A stretch of DNA of 60,396 bases, filler included, from Sphacelaria rigidula (Eukaryota), in the NCBI GenBank assembly GCA_964200075.2. It is 7 parts of 7 records of this genome, joined end to end, with 100 filler letters (N's around TTAATTAATTAA, not from the genome) between each part and the next. Parts side by side here need not be neighbours in the genome. Positions count along the whole stretch, not along the records: positions 34,571 to 43,112 come from CAXNAA020010844.1; positions 43,213 to 51,754 come from CAXNAA020010845.1; 5 more parts are not named here. One strand, written 5' to 3'. The notes under the pieces were generated by a model. It ran no database searches. It saw nothing but the letters and a program-made list of their open reading frames with translations, and was not told the DNA's origin. Within the stretch, counting starts at the first letter, position 1; each line of letters opens with the position of its first letter. The position numbers and the translations under genes are program-made. This document shows, piece after piece, positions 36,491 to 49,259 of this stretch.

Positions 36491-36803
36491 TCTCGAATCA
36501 TTATCCACTCCCCTTCTGTCTATCGCGGTAAAGGGTGGTATTGACCATATTTATTCCTAAGATACATTCTTCCTTCCTGCGATGCAATCAATAACTAGAG
36601 GGCGGAAAGAGTATATGTTCGGTTCGGTCACCATAACGATGGAGATTGCTCCAATCGAGCGAAAAAAAAAAGAAGCAAAACCTGGGGTTATATACTCGCA
36701 GACCCCCGATAACCGACTAGCCCGTGAGTCCTTCGGAGCTGATTATCGAAATTTATTTATACTTATGGAAAATGTGGCGGGTACTAACATCTTTCTATCC
36801 CGT

Positions 36804-37316
36804 TTAATATATATCATGTATATTAAGCGTTCCCGGTGATGAGGTTGCTAACCGTAAACGGATCGGACAAACTGACTCATCGCTAAATCTATCGTTACAG
36901 TGTTGGCTACAGGTTGACTCGATGCTGAGGCAATATTTCCTATGGCGAGGTTTTGATCCGCATCCCATATGACCCCACTTCATCTGATTCGCTGCCGAAC
37001 ACCGGACAGGTATCTTTTCTTCACCAATCTCGTAGTAATTATATTGAAATATGCGATCAGTGTCTGCTATCTTGTGATTGGGTGGATCCCAGTCTTTTCG
37101 GGGGATAACGAATAGCGTGTACCCGTTGGACGACGGAAAATCTGACCCTTCAATAGGTATCTCGAATATTTTCATCTTTCTCATCACGTTTATTTTGTCC
37201 TCCCGATCGATCCTGATTTCACCCATGACCTTGTTCCACGTGAGTCTGTAAAATGGATTGCAATATTGAGAAGATATATCGCCATATCCTACCACATACG
37301 TACTGTACCACTGCAA
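36804..37316 (-). other. Unassigned 170-codon ORF, probably part of a decayed element
   Basis: Complex, protein-like composition, but the upstream continuation of the same frame is broken by stops; no family recognised. Confidence 0.3.
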
Positions 37317-39097
37317 TACTTTCTGGTTGCTGTTCGCTGGGAATTGCCCGTTGGCTCGCCCACTTCCAGCGAACTACAAGCCACGGTGCTATGTTAGCCG
37401 TGTCGCCGTCCACTGACACCCCCAACGTTGAATCTACAAACATACACCTTGCTAGCGTACTCGGCTGTTGCAGCGCTTTCATTGTTGAAGGACATTGCCG
37501 CACAAAATGCACTGCTTCTGAGTATTTACGCCAGGCCACCAAGAACCCGTGCCGCACCTGATTGGCTTGTAGCTGGGCGCCGACGTGCCTCCTGCGGACG
37601 CCAAATCGTCTTCTCGCCCACCGGCGGAGCGCCAACTTCACAGATCGCGAGAGGCGTCTTTGCACGCGCTGTGGAACACACCAAATCCGAGGCAAGGTAG
37701 GGTTGGGAGTGGGCGTTAGGTTCGCATGAATCGTATATCCCTTTCAACAGTAAAAGAGGGAAACGCAAACACGCAGGCCTAGAGTAGAGAGACGGATGGC
37801 AGGGGTGGTAGCTATGCTCGTGTACGTGGGAAAACATGGAGGCCTGCCAAGCCAATTTTCTCGAGTCGAACGCGCTCGCTGAGGTGGCTTCAGACATGCG
37901 TAGGGAGACTTTGGGTACGAAACGTGTACGAAAGACAACAGCGTTTTCCTCCTGCCCCCCTTCTAGCGCTCTAGGAATGTGTTGTTGGTCTCGATATCCC
38001 CGTGCATGATGTTGTACTACCCCGTGGTACCGTGTCAGCAGCCACAAGGGCTGGGCTCGAAGAACCATACTACGCTGGGGAACAAAAGATGGTACGGCAT
38101 CATTGCGGATGGGCACTCGGTGTCTCCAGGGGAACCTAGCCAAATGCCCACGACTCCCCTTGCCCCCCACGCGGCCCTACGACGGCGGGGCGCCGGGCGA
38201 GGTCCGTTGTGACCGGCAAAGAAATATACCAGTTTGTGGTTCATGTAGTGTTTGTCGTTGTCTGTCTAGATTACGTTTTCGAAGGATCGAGCAGAAGCCA
38301 GCGTACGAATTGACTCGGTTCATTTCTTCCGTAGATCCCGGGCCATTTTCTGACGCTGACCTTACATTATCGTCCTGTTTCAGGGACGCCATAGTCATTC
38401 GGAACCAGATCTATACGGACCGATTCCACTACTGGAGACGAAATAGGCATACTCCGAGGTACACAGCACGAGCGCGCGCTCAAAGTAGCACAACAAGTAG
38501 GATCCCTGCAATTGTATAAGTACACTACCCCTGGAGAGCGCTATATATACTCTGCTTAGCCACTTGCGCAACTTGAAGGTTTCAAGCAAGTTTAGGAGCA
38601 AAATCAGCAGTTTCGCTGGTAAAAATAAGAACAAAACTTTCGTGAGGCCGCCTTTTTCATCGCTGTAATTTAAGGGTGCACCAGCGGCGTATTCGCCGTA
38701 GGAAGGTTGAGAATTGTGATGTCCCTCAAAACTACACAAACAGCAGAGAAACCACACTATTTTTGCTGAAATATCATCGAATAGGACCAGAAATGCCGCC
38801 AACCGCCGAAGTCAATGACACTGAATTTACCGCTTGAGGTTTGAGAGTTGAGACCCAACCTTTTGAGGAGAGGTGCGAATCGACAACGCAAAGGGCTCTC
38901 GCGACGTGTTTTCTATGTTCAACTTGCTCTGGAAACAAGCGTCGCACCCTGCAGGGGAGGGATATAGAAAACGATCACCTCGCCTCACCAGTTGTTCGTG
39001 TGCGTTGAAACACTCTTGTGGCTGGTGAGCAGCTTGGACAGGCCGCCATACTGCTTCGAAAGTGCTTTTTGGACAACATGTGAAGTGCTTCTGTTGT

Positions 39098-39275
39098 AAT
39101 AAGTAATAATAATTAATGTTAGTACGGTACTCGTATTAGTATTATTACCACTATTATTATCATCATTACGACTATCATCGTTACTATTTTCATCATTATT
39201 ATCATCATTTGTATTACCGTTATCATCAATATCAGCACCAGTATCATTATTCTCATTATTAATAGCATTATTATC
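39098..39275. repeat. Degenerate (ATT/ATC)n microsatellite; similar tract at 40545-40730
   Basis: Visible trinucleotide periodicity, AT-rich. Confidence 0.85.
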
Positions 39276-41647
39276 TCCGTCGTATAAGCTTCAATCTCTT
39301 CAACCCGTGGTCGCAGAGTACAAGGAGCATACCATCCACACTAAACCCTAGCCTTTGAGGCATGTCTGAAAAAATGCCCGAAGTACCTCTTTTGAAACAG
39401 GCGTGCCTGAAATAAGCCCTGATAAATAAGGCATGCTTTGATTTTTTCCTTAGAGTCCCTTTGCGGGAAGGGTGGCCTGAAGCGGCGTTGTTTGCCTGAA
39501 ATATATGCATTTACGTATACACCTTGTGTGCAGGTTGAACCGACCGCTGGTTATTGACCGTCGCGTCTCGAGAGTATCTCGTCTCTTTCCCGAGGGTCTA
39601 ACTGGGGGGTGCTACAGGATGTTGAGTCAAAAGTAGTCGATTCGTCCAATCGCTCACCACGTCTTTTTAATTTTGAGTTATGATCTTGTCTTTCAATTTC
39701 TTGTATTTTCTCTATTTTATATACTTGTTGTATGTCGATATCCATGCCGTTACGTGATTCACGGAAAACTTGGATACGCATCCCATATTTCCACGAATCG
39801 TGCGTGCTTTGATTATGCTGTTATTTTTGTACGTTTTTCAAGGGTGTTTCACATGGTCGTTTTATGTATATTTTAACAATGTGTTGCTCATTCGCCGCGC
39901 TTGTTGTACGCCGTTCATCATTGATGTACGCAACCTGATGAGTGTGCGATGTTTACTTTGTCTATCTTGATGTTGAGCTCCCCAGTTTGTCCCTGGAGTC
40001 GCTCAAATATCAAATATGTTTCATATTGGTAGTTCCAATGCGGCCAAGTTGACATTTCGTCAACTAGCAGTACCAGTTTTGTCGTGCTTCTTAACCTAAC
40101 CTTGTCTCCGGAGGTGATTGTTTTAGGTGTCGGGCATCTTTCTTGCACCAATATCACACGTCGGATGGAGTCCGACCTCAGTTGGTTGTCATGTTATGTA
40201 CCCGAGTACCGAACAACTTTCAGGCATCTCCTTTACTCTCATTAGATTCTCACTTCGTTATTGAAAAGTCGTACTTTTTTCGAGTCGTACTGTCGACGTC
40301 ATGTATTTTCCCCTCAGTCGAGGATCTCTTCTCTGAACAAGTCACGGTGTCATTTTCGTCCAGGTCATCGCAAATGTCGCGCAGTAAGCACATATCAACA
40401 CATGGTGTTCATGAATATGTACCACAACTATGACGCACGCAGAGATCGAATTTCAGTAAACCTGTCAGGTCATGTCGCCTGAGGTTAATTCCGTCATCTT
40501 CTACATTCAGTGGAGCGGGGTAGCCGGCCACCACCGCGGCTTACATTATATTACCATCACTGAAATCATATTACTATTACGGATATTATTGATATTATTG
40601 CATTATTATTCTTATTATTCTCAATTCCATCCATATTATCACCATCATCATCATTACCATTATATCATTGTTGATATAATTATTGTTATAAAACTGGTGT
40701 TGTCATTATCACTGATTTTATCACTATCATCGCTGCCGTTAGACTCTATCAGTTTTACATTTTCACACACCCTCGACAACGCAATATACGTAATATATTT
40801 TGCCCGCTCAACATGTCGACGCGAAAGACATATTGTTGCTCCAATGTCGCCGAGGACATCTCAACACAATATATAATGAAAGGACAATATTTGCTCTGTC
40901 TCCAGTACGAAGTATTGGTATCATAATAGAATATACTGTATTGTCCAGGGTAAAAGCAACACAACGCCGGTGACCAGAGGGGTACCAAAAGGTGCATATC
41001 GACCCGCGTTTTCTGCCGTCGTACTGTTTAGCCAAGATATATTACATACTTTGAAGGGGATAAGCGTCACCGCACCGGTGGCCAGATAGATATCAGAAGG
41101 CGTATATACCGGGTCGCCTCTTCTGTCACCATATTTTTCGGCTAATATATTTATATCAAACTCATTTGAGGACTCTCCATAGCCATGCACGCAAACTTCT
41201 GCGGCTTCCTTTGAAGCCTTCCCCAGTCTGCACGGGCTCCGGAATCCATCGCGTCTGGATCTTTCTCAAAGCGTACACCATACTTATAATACCCGATATA
41301 TATTGACCGGTCAATACATCGGCACCCGCGCGGCCCCAATATATATTGACCAGTCAATATGTCCTCACCAATGCGACCCTAATATATGTTGGTCGTACAG
41401 TATGCCGTCACCCACACTGCCCCAATATATATATATATATATATATACGTATATACATGAGATCTTCAGGGCGCACGAGAGCGCAGCGGTTATCGTAAGG
41501 AGGCGTCCACGCGAGTGACACTGGAATGAGTGTGCAGATCCCGCCGCGCCGGCGTCGGTGGATGACAATTCGGGCGAACGCCAATGCTAGGGGTCCGGTG
41601 CGCGGACTCGTGCTGCTTTGTGTATGGGTGTACAACCTGCGTTCGCG

Positions 41648-42442
41648 ACCGCTCGCTTCAGCATTTCGGTGTGCGCTGAATATACGAATGGGATACGCAC
41701 TCACGATGTGATGAATTCGGCTCAGCAGACGCGCTAAAGTGCTGCCCAAGCATCCCCGCAGAAAAAACGGTGCTCGTGCCTGCTGGGGGTTCAATGCGCG
41801 GATTCGTTGCGCGTTAGTGCCCGTGCCCTCCCTAAACCGCCCGTTTCATCATTCCGATGTGTGCTGATCCGAGGGTAAACTCTAGAGATGAACGCCTTCC
41901 CAACACCCCCCAAGTTGGGTTCAAGTCTATTTCATCACCACGCGTCTGTCACACCGTACCGTCTATACCTCCATTACCAATAAAATAGAGCGGGTCTCCG
42001 CGTGAGGCGACGCTGAAATAGAGCGGATATCCGCGTGATGAGGGGACGAGCCCTGTATGCCGAGAATGGTAAGGTACGGTGATGATTTGCACAACACAAC
42101 ACTGAGTACAGAAAACAATCCGGGCAGAACACGTTCCGTGTTTCCCGTTGGTGGTGCAGTGTGTTTAGGTGAGCTTGAACCTCGGCAGATTCATTTTGTT
42201 TCCCGTCGGGTGATGTCGTATATCAACCACGTGGCAAAAACATCAGAGATATTTTTTGCGTCGGCGGGGATGTGCACGGAAAAATGTGAGAACCCGCGCG
42301 CAACTGAACCGCTCGCTTCATCATTTCGATGTACGGTGAATATATGAATGAGCTGAACTGATACGCACTCAAGGTGTGATGAATTTGGCTGAGAGCAGAT
42401 ACGCGTTGAAATGCTACCCGCGGGTCCCCGTGGAAAAACCGG
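41648..42442. repeat. Pair of diverged ~130-bp direct repeats (41648-41772 and 42308-42442)
   Basis: Both contain ACCGCTCGCTTCA-CATTTCG...GATACGCACTCA...TGTGATGAATT-GGCT. Confidence 0.8.
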
Positions 42443-42488
42443 AAAATTCTTAGCACTTTGGGTCATAGTTGCTCTTACTCCTCCTTAA

Positions 42489-42586
42489 CCCTTGGACAGC
42501 GAAAGTAGGCCATTTGTAGAATCGACATCACGTTCACTTGAAAACAGCATGCTTAGTCCAGATGGACTACGTTCGCGGTCTAAGGG
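42489..42586. mobile_element. 98-bp piggyBac-type MITE with perfect TTAA TSDs
   Basis: TTAA|CCCTTGGACAGCGAA...TTCGCGGTCTAAGGG|TTAA. Confidence 0.85.
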
Positions 42587-43112
42587 TTAATCTTCAGTTT
42601 GCTCTCGTTATTCGCTCTCATCCGAGCATGCATTTTTTTTTGTGTTCCTTCGATTCTATTATGTTGTGTTCTCTCTTTAGAAGTGCTTTCCTAGAATTCC
42701 GAGTTATTTTCCTTCATTTTTCTGCTGTTGTGCAGTTTTCTCTTTCTGCCTTGTTTGCCTGCAACTATTCTGTTGTCGTATTCATCTTGTGTTCCCCTTT
42801 TCCGAAAAATAATAATCCAACCTCAACCAACAACCCCAACCACTCCCAACAAACAATCCAATCATTTAAAATAAATTAATAGTATCTATGTATTTGTATT
42901 GCGTTCCCTTTGAAAAAAAATATTAGCTCAACCCCAACCTCAACCCCAACCCCAACATTCCGTATATTACAAAAAAAAAACACTATATATAACAGCGGAT
43001 CCTAGAAAATGGGGTTCATACAAAAAATGAGGTTGAAGTGGCGTTTCTCTTTTGCAGGGAAGACGCGAAAAACTCACGACCGAGCGAAGTCATCTTCCCC
43101 CCCAAATGTCCG

Positions 43113-43212
43113 NNNNNNNNNNNNNNNNNNNNNNNNNNNNNNNNNNNNNNNNNNNNTTAATTAATTAANNNNNNNNNNNNNNNNNNNNNNNNNNNNNNNN
43201 NNNNNNNNNNNN
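43113..43212. other. Artificial scaffold linker
   Basis: N-TTAATTAATTAA-N, 100 bp. Confidence 0.99.
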
Positions 43213-43304
43213 GATGACTCGAGTGCTTGCCCTATTAATTTTTCGGCCAACGAGCAGCCCAACGAGCACGAGTGACACTCGTGCTCGTCCGACGTATGTA
43301 AACT

Positions 43305-43378
43305 TGCCTAGGGCACCCTCTGTGCCCGAGGGTTCTTTCTTGTCTTCGTCGGGGTTACGGTTAGGGTTAGCGTTAGCG
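43305..43378 (-). repeat. Dispersed repeat with degenerate telomere-like head
   Basis: Plus strand GGGTTACGGTTAGGGTTAGCGTTAGC adjacent to GCACCCTCTGTGCCCGAGGGTTC. Confidence 0.7.
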
Positions 43379-43543
43379 GCACCTCATTTTTATTTCAATA
43401 CCAACCGTAACCTCCGACCACTTGGTCAACAGCCATCCCTATTTCTGTGTAGGTACCTCGTCTGCCAACACAGCTAGGGCAACAAGAGGGCATCTGCACG
43501 ACAAGGCACTGGAAGGGTAAAGAGCAACGTCACGAAAGCCTAC

Positions 43544-43794
43544 CCTTGGGAGGGATCTGGTTGAGTGGCAAGTTGTTGTACACAGGCTGCTGCGGCTGCT
43601 GCGGCTGCTGTGGCTGCTGCGTCTGCAACTGCGTCTGCGTACTCCCTCCTCCTCCAGACGTCCCTGTTCCGTCCAACTCCTTTTTGAAGCCCTGGAAAGA
43701 GAACGCGTCCAGCCCGTCCAATCCAGGTTTGGGGGCTGGGGCTGGCGCGGCAAAGCCATTCGAGTCGCTTACGCCTCCCAGGAGGTTGTTGTCT
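43544..43794 (-). CDS. Internal exon of an unknown Gln/Pro/Gly-rich protein
   Basis: Pyrimidine tract + cag|A...G|gtaggc. DNNLLGGVSDSNGFAAPAPAPKPGLDGLDAFSFQGFKKEL...(QQP)n VYNNLPLNQIPPK. Confidence 0.6.
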
Positions 43795-45724
43795 CTGTCG
43801 ATTTCAAGTATGAAGAGAGACGAGCAGAAAGCACAACGGAGGGAAGTTGGGTTGATCCATTGAAACTATCAACGCATCACGAGACCACGGACGGACCCCT
43901 CTCGGAGGAGCATCCAGTACAGTACAATGCCGTAAAAACGGCGGTGAGACAACACATTGACTCGGGTGCGTAACATGAGGAACAAACGGACGTAATCAAC
44001 AACATGAGTCGCTTCAGATGATCGATCATGCAAAAAGTCCCGTCATTCACCTCTTCGACACTGTTTTGACAGGGTGTCGCACTGAGATATGTCGGACTTG
44101 AGGGATACCTTGAAGTTTTGTGTTCAAACCTCGGCACAGTGCGGTTATGGTTTCAGGTACGTCCAGCGTGTTAGAGACAGACAGATGAAAAATCAAGGTG
44201 TCTCCGGTCAGACATTAACGTGAAATGTATCATGTTTCAGGCGTGAGTCATAACGCGTGACTCGATCGAGATAAAAGATTTCTGCCCCCCTTCGTTCATA
44301 CATGACTATAGGATATCTTTGCCCCCACCCAAGTTGGGGATTGCGGAACAGCATAGAAGTATGCCTCGTGTCATCATCAAGGTGGTGAACGCCGCGTGAT
44401 TCGACTGTTTCTGACGGTGCACATCCACCACAGCAAGGTTGGGAATGACGCATGCTCCTCGTTCCACACACTGTGCGAGTGTTAATCAACGCACACCGCA
44501 GAGTCGTTTGCTCACTTCTTCAAAGTAAATTCCATGTGTCACCTCAAGCGGTATTTCTTGGAGGCAATTCTCCGCTTTTCTAGGAGTTTAATACATCTGG
44601 GGACTCATTGAAAACCCAAAATTTGAGGGATGGCGCATAGTAGTAGAAAGGCAACAATGGTGAAGTGTGGTCTGGGCGGGGGGTACATGATAGCACAGGG
44701 GATGAGAAAACAGCCGTCCCCGGGGGTGCGTTCAACCGTGAATGAGGGGTGGTATCGACCGTTCCGGTCTATACCGTGCGAAGGACATCACGTTTCTATG
44801 GTATAAAAGCTTTTTCAAGATTCTCGAAATATGAAAATAATGAAAAAAAACACAGTTGTTGATTCGCGAATTTCATGAGCACATTCTCCATCAAATCTCT
44901 TGTCACATCAGTGGCATCTACCGTTTCGACCTGCTGTACACGAATGGTGATACACTCTAACACACGAACGCATCGATACAACATGTCAACAATGAATAAT
45001 TCAGTCAACCCCCCCCCCCCCCCCCCCACTCCCACTTGTTTCTCCTCACCAGGGGATGAAATGGAGGGATCACCTCCCCGAAGAATTTGAGGGGGAAAGG
45101 GTGTGTTTTCCGGCGTTGGATTCATTCGCGGCCGGGCACCAATGAATTTCGACACGTGATCAATACCACCAGAGAGCCTACAATCAGCGCCTACTAGTGA
45201 TACGCGTCGTTTTTCTTAAAAGGGATACAGACACCCCGGAGAAAATAATGTTCCATATCTTCCCTAAACACGCGCAAGGGGCATCATACACCACCATGGC
45301 CTGTTACACACTGGTACGAATAGCAACGCCTCTGGACGCGCGGGGGGCATCGCTCAAACGCCCTCATCATATCATACTGATCAATGTATCCTTACTCCCC
45401 TCGCCTCTCCTCTCCAGGGATGAAATCATAACATCATCTCTCTGAACAATCTTAGCTGAAGGAGGATGTCATTCAACGTTTGAACCGAAGCTGACTAGGC
45501 GACCAGTACCAATGAAGCCTACATTTTACTTCAAGTATATGACCTGTTGGTGTTCTTATCGGAACTGTAAACACCCCAGGGGAGATATAGCTCTTCAAGT
45601 ACGCGCTGGGATCATAATCCAGCGTCAGGACTTGTGAGATAACGATGGCGAGGCCCCCGAACACGCGAGTGTCACAGGAACGTGTGCGTCTTTTTTGCTG
45701 ATTCGAGACCACCTACACACACCC

Positions 45725-45835
45725 TTCCCCGACCACGGCGAAAACCCGGCGCACTCGATCCCGACTTTGTAGGGATGCGAGGTCAATGGCATTATGACTA
45801 TGGCATGCAAGATCATGAGTACAACCCCCCTCACC
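45725..45835 (-). mobile_element. PPT + LTR-start fragment (TGTACTCATG family)
   Basis: Minus strand GAGGGGGGT-TGTACTCATGATCTTGCATGCCATAGTC...CCATTGACCTCGCATCCCTACAAAG. Confidence 0.75.
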
Positions 45836-48800
45836 GACCATGAGACAAGCATATCTCCTCCTCAGCCACCCTCAGTGTTTTTGGACGTATTGGTCGTATG
45901 TGAACGGACTCTATGATATTTCAGAGCGCATGAGAGGTATGTACAGAACATCGCCATTCTCACTATGTGCCCCTAGAATGGCAAGGAGCATTACCGTTCG
46001 TTTGCGGCAGGATAAAATGGCGGATACCATCCCCGGGGACGGCTACTTTCCTTATCCTTAATCGCTGGGTAGACCATGGGCCGAACGTCCACATGAAACA
46101 TCGATGCATTCATGATATTTTCTATGCAGTCGTCCGTGTCATGCAGTATATTTTCGACTCTTGGATGGAATTTTGAATGTACTGCAATAGCCTAAACAAA
46201 AGCGGGGCAACATTGGCTTGCAGGTTCGTCTAAACTTTGAAAAATTTGGTTAGGACCCGTCGGTCGACGCGCCAAAACCGTCTCGTGGCGTTTGCCACCA
46301 CTGACGCCACCCGATTCGACCGCAAGTTAACACTGCTTCTCCCCATTCGTCCAGCGTAGACTCGATTTCCACATTGCTTTTTAATTTTCAACATGCCTTG
46401 AACAGCTTGTTCAGGAGTACAAATTTTTAGCAGTCATTTTCCAGCAAAAAAAGGGTTCATGTCGCAAAAAGCAGCTCAGATTCGGCGTCTCCTCTCAAAT
46501 TACAGTCGCGTTACGTTTTACTTCTTGGTTCATGTCAGAATGGAGCTCACGAGAGTTTCGCCTGGTATAGCAGAGAACTGCCGTCGATTCCGTGCAATCC
46601 GTCCGGTGGGCTGGCATTGTACCCGACTCCAACCCTAGACGAACACCCATAGCCCCATAGTGTGCGTTGAAAGGGTGTGTATCTCGGGTGACTGCGTTGG
46701 AAGGATGCAAGCCTTCTGCTGGTGGTACTGCACTGTGTTGATCGTACGTTTTCTTCTTGCTTTGACGTACTGTATACTGGAGGCAGGCATGTGTACTCGT
46801 CCATATCCCAATGGTGTCCAAGGTCATTTCTGACCAAGGTCTAGACTCAACATTATCTCCCAATCCTACTGGCCCGTGGAATCTCCAACTCGTCTAAAAG
46901 AGTAAGATCTACTCGATCGCCTTCTTTACTCTTTTTAGCACGCCAACATTCTTCGACGACGATACGCCGACTGTGACCATTTTGCAGCTTGTTCACGACA
47001 CTGTTGCACCTTTTCATGACCGCTGTCGACCCGTTCGAACGACGAAAAAACGGAATCATGAACGTTTTCTGCCCCCCTGCTCGCATGATGCTGTTACGCA
47101 TGCTGTACAGGTGTATGCTTCAAGATCCCGGTCGAGTTTGTTCAAGTTCCAGAGATACGACGGAGTTTTTCAGGCCCCGTCTTGACCCATTGACCGCGAG
47201 GATAGGTCACATAGTCATACCGTGAATTGTCAAGGGACACTGATGCTGATTCAACACACTGCCTATGCTCGCGCGGTCGATGGGCTAATTATAGTATCAT
47301 TGATAAATGAGAGTGTGAGAAAACGTACGATCATGACGGAACGTCTACGCGTGGCAGCCACTTCACGTCCCCTTTCGTCCTATCACAACCGATCAATCAA
47401 TAAATTTTGTGAACACGAAAGGGAACGTCAAGTGGTTGCCACGTATAGACTGTCGATCATGACAACTCTGATTTTCACAAGCTCAAGCTTATTTTTTCGT
47501 CTCGGCGTAAGATCGGCCAAAGGGGACAACAACCGTCATGCTCATGCTTCATGGCCCGTTGCGCTGGACAGATGGGCGATATCGACAATGTGCACAAAAA
47601 GGTACAGCAGCCGCCGACACGAGGTACACAACTTACCAGAACCGACAGAATGCGGCCACGACAAGGTGAGGCACAGGGAAAGCATACGATCTTTGAAAGG
47701 GTATGGTATGCACGTCGGAGGGTTCGTTCTCGAAGTACAGAAAGTAGTAGCGAAATCGACAGTGCGGCAATACGAAAGGATGTGGACACACAACACCATT
47801 GCTGGAAATTTGGAGACGACACAAGTATACTGGTACCGTAGATGGAATCTAATGTTCAACGGCATATGTGCAACTCAATGACAACCAAGTTTTTGGACCA
47901 ATCAACCACTCTGAAATACCGCCCCGCCTTACTGGCTGTGGGATAAGCGGTTCGAGTTGTGATGTATGGAACAGCTACTCCGGCCGCCGCGAAGGGCCAT
48001 ACCCCACACCTGCTGAAGCCAAGTAACGTATATCCCCGACGTGCACATCAACACACCGTACGAGCTGGTTCAGATTGAAAACCCAAAAAGTATTCCACGG
48101 CATTTCCTCACGCCATTTTTTCGAGTGAGACCACGAAAAATTGCACACATGTTCTCGAGGGCACTGTCTAAATTGCATAAAAAGCCATCAACATAAAAAC
48201 TAAAAATAATAAACGGTTTCCGAGCTCTAGATAGTGCCCTCCAGAACATGTGCGCAAATTTTCGTGGTCTAACTCGAAGAAAGGGCGTCAGAAGAAGCCA
48301 AATCGTGCGCTGAAATCTGCGTGCCCCCTAATTACTCGATTGAAGTACAGAATCGCCCTTTTTGAGGGTTGTTTTTACGGTAAGAGACCCAGCCGATTCA
48401 GTTTTCGAATTGAGCTACGAGAATTGATACACATGTTCCTTGGGATACCACCTAACCCCAGAATGTTGAACTTCTGGTGTTGAGGCATTCTGTACGGGTT
48501 TCCAGGGGTCTTCATGCGGGGACCTCCCGGAAGCCGGTACAGAACCGGGTAAAAATCTTGCCAAGAATACAGTTTTCCATTCGGAGCATCGATACCTATG
48601 GAACTGCTAAGTTCAAGAATGATTTGAGCTTTTTTACGACAGATTAAAGGAAAATCGTCACGAGGCTCCATGGGTCTTCCGTACGTATCATGAGTGGAAG
48701 CTCAACGACGCCAAAGCTCCACATCACCGAAACATTACGGTTTCGAGAAAATTCGACTACGTTGGAACCGTTTTCAACTCTGTTATCCCGTTAGATTTCC

Positions 48801-49259
48801 AAGCTGACGACGGTTACTACGATTTGAGCCATTTGGATATTCGGTGGGAATTGGGCTCGGAAGTGCTGTTTTCAATTTCGGGACAGTTTGAAGGGCGCTA
48901 ATCGCTACAGCCTTCAACAAAGATCTGGCTATGTCACCCTTTTTGTCTGTTCATTGCGGTCAGTATGATACCACATTTGTGCATATTGGCTAGGTATTGC
49001 GTTCATCACCAGCCGGAGGTAAATTTTGAGTACTCAATCTGAACCAGCCTGTAGGATTTTCCCGAAGCGTATGCACACACACACACTAACGGCCCATGCC
49101 GTGAGTGGTGGGGTCCGACACGTTTCTCGGGTCTTTGTGCACCGCCTACATCCGCTTTACACCATATGTCTGATACTCATGTCCCAAAATATAAAGTATA
49201 CGGACTGGTTGAAGACTACAAGCTGGGCCAGCCTAGAAGCGGATCTGAACATTGCAGGC

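Noticed and set aside
46200..48120. Possible DNA-transposase (hAT-like) remnant and 219-aa ORF at 47222
   Set aside because: Only vague resemblance; no DDE or other diagnostic motif could be identified by eye.
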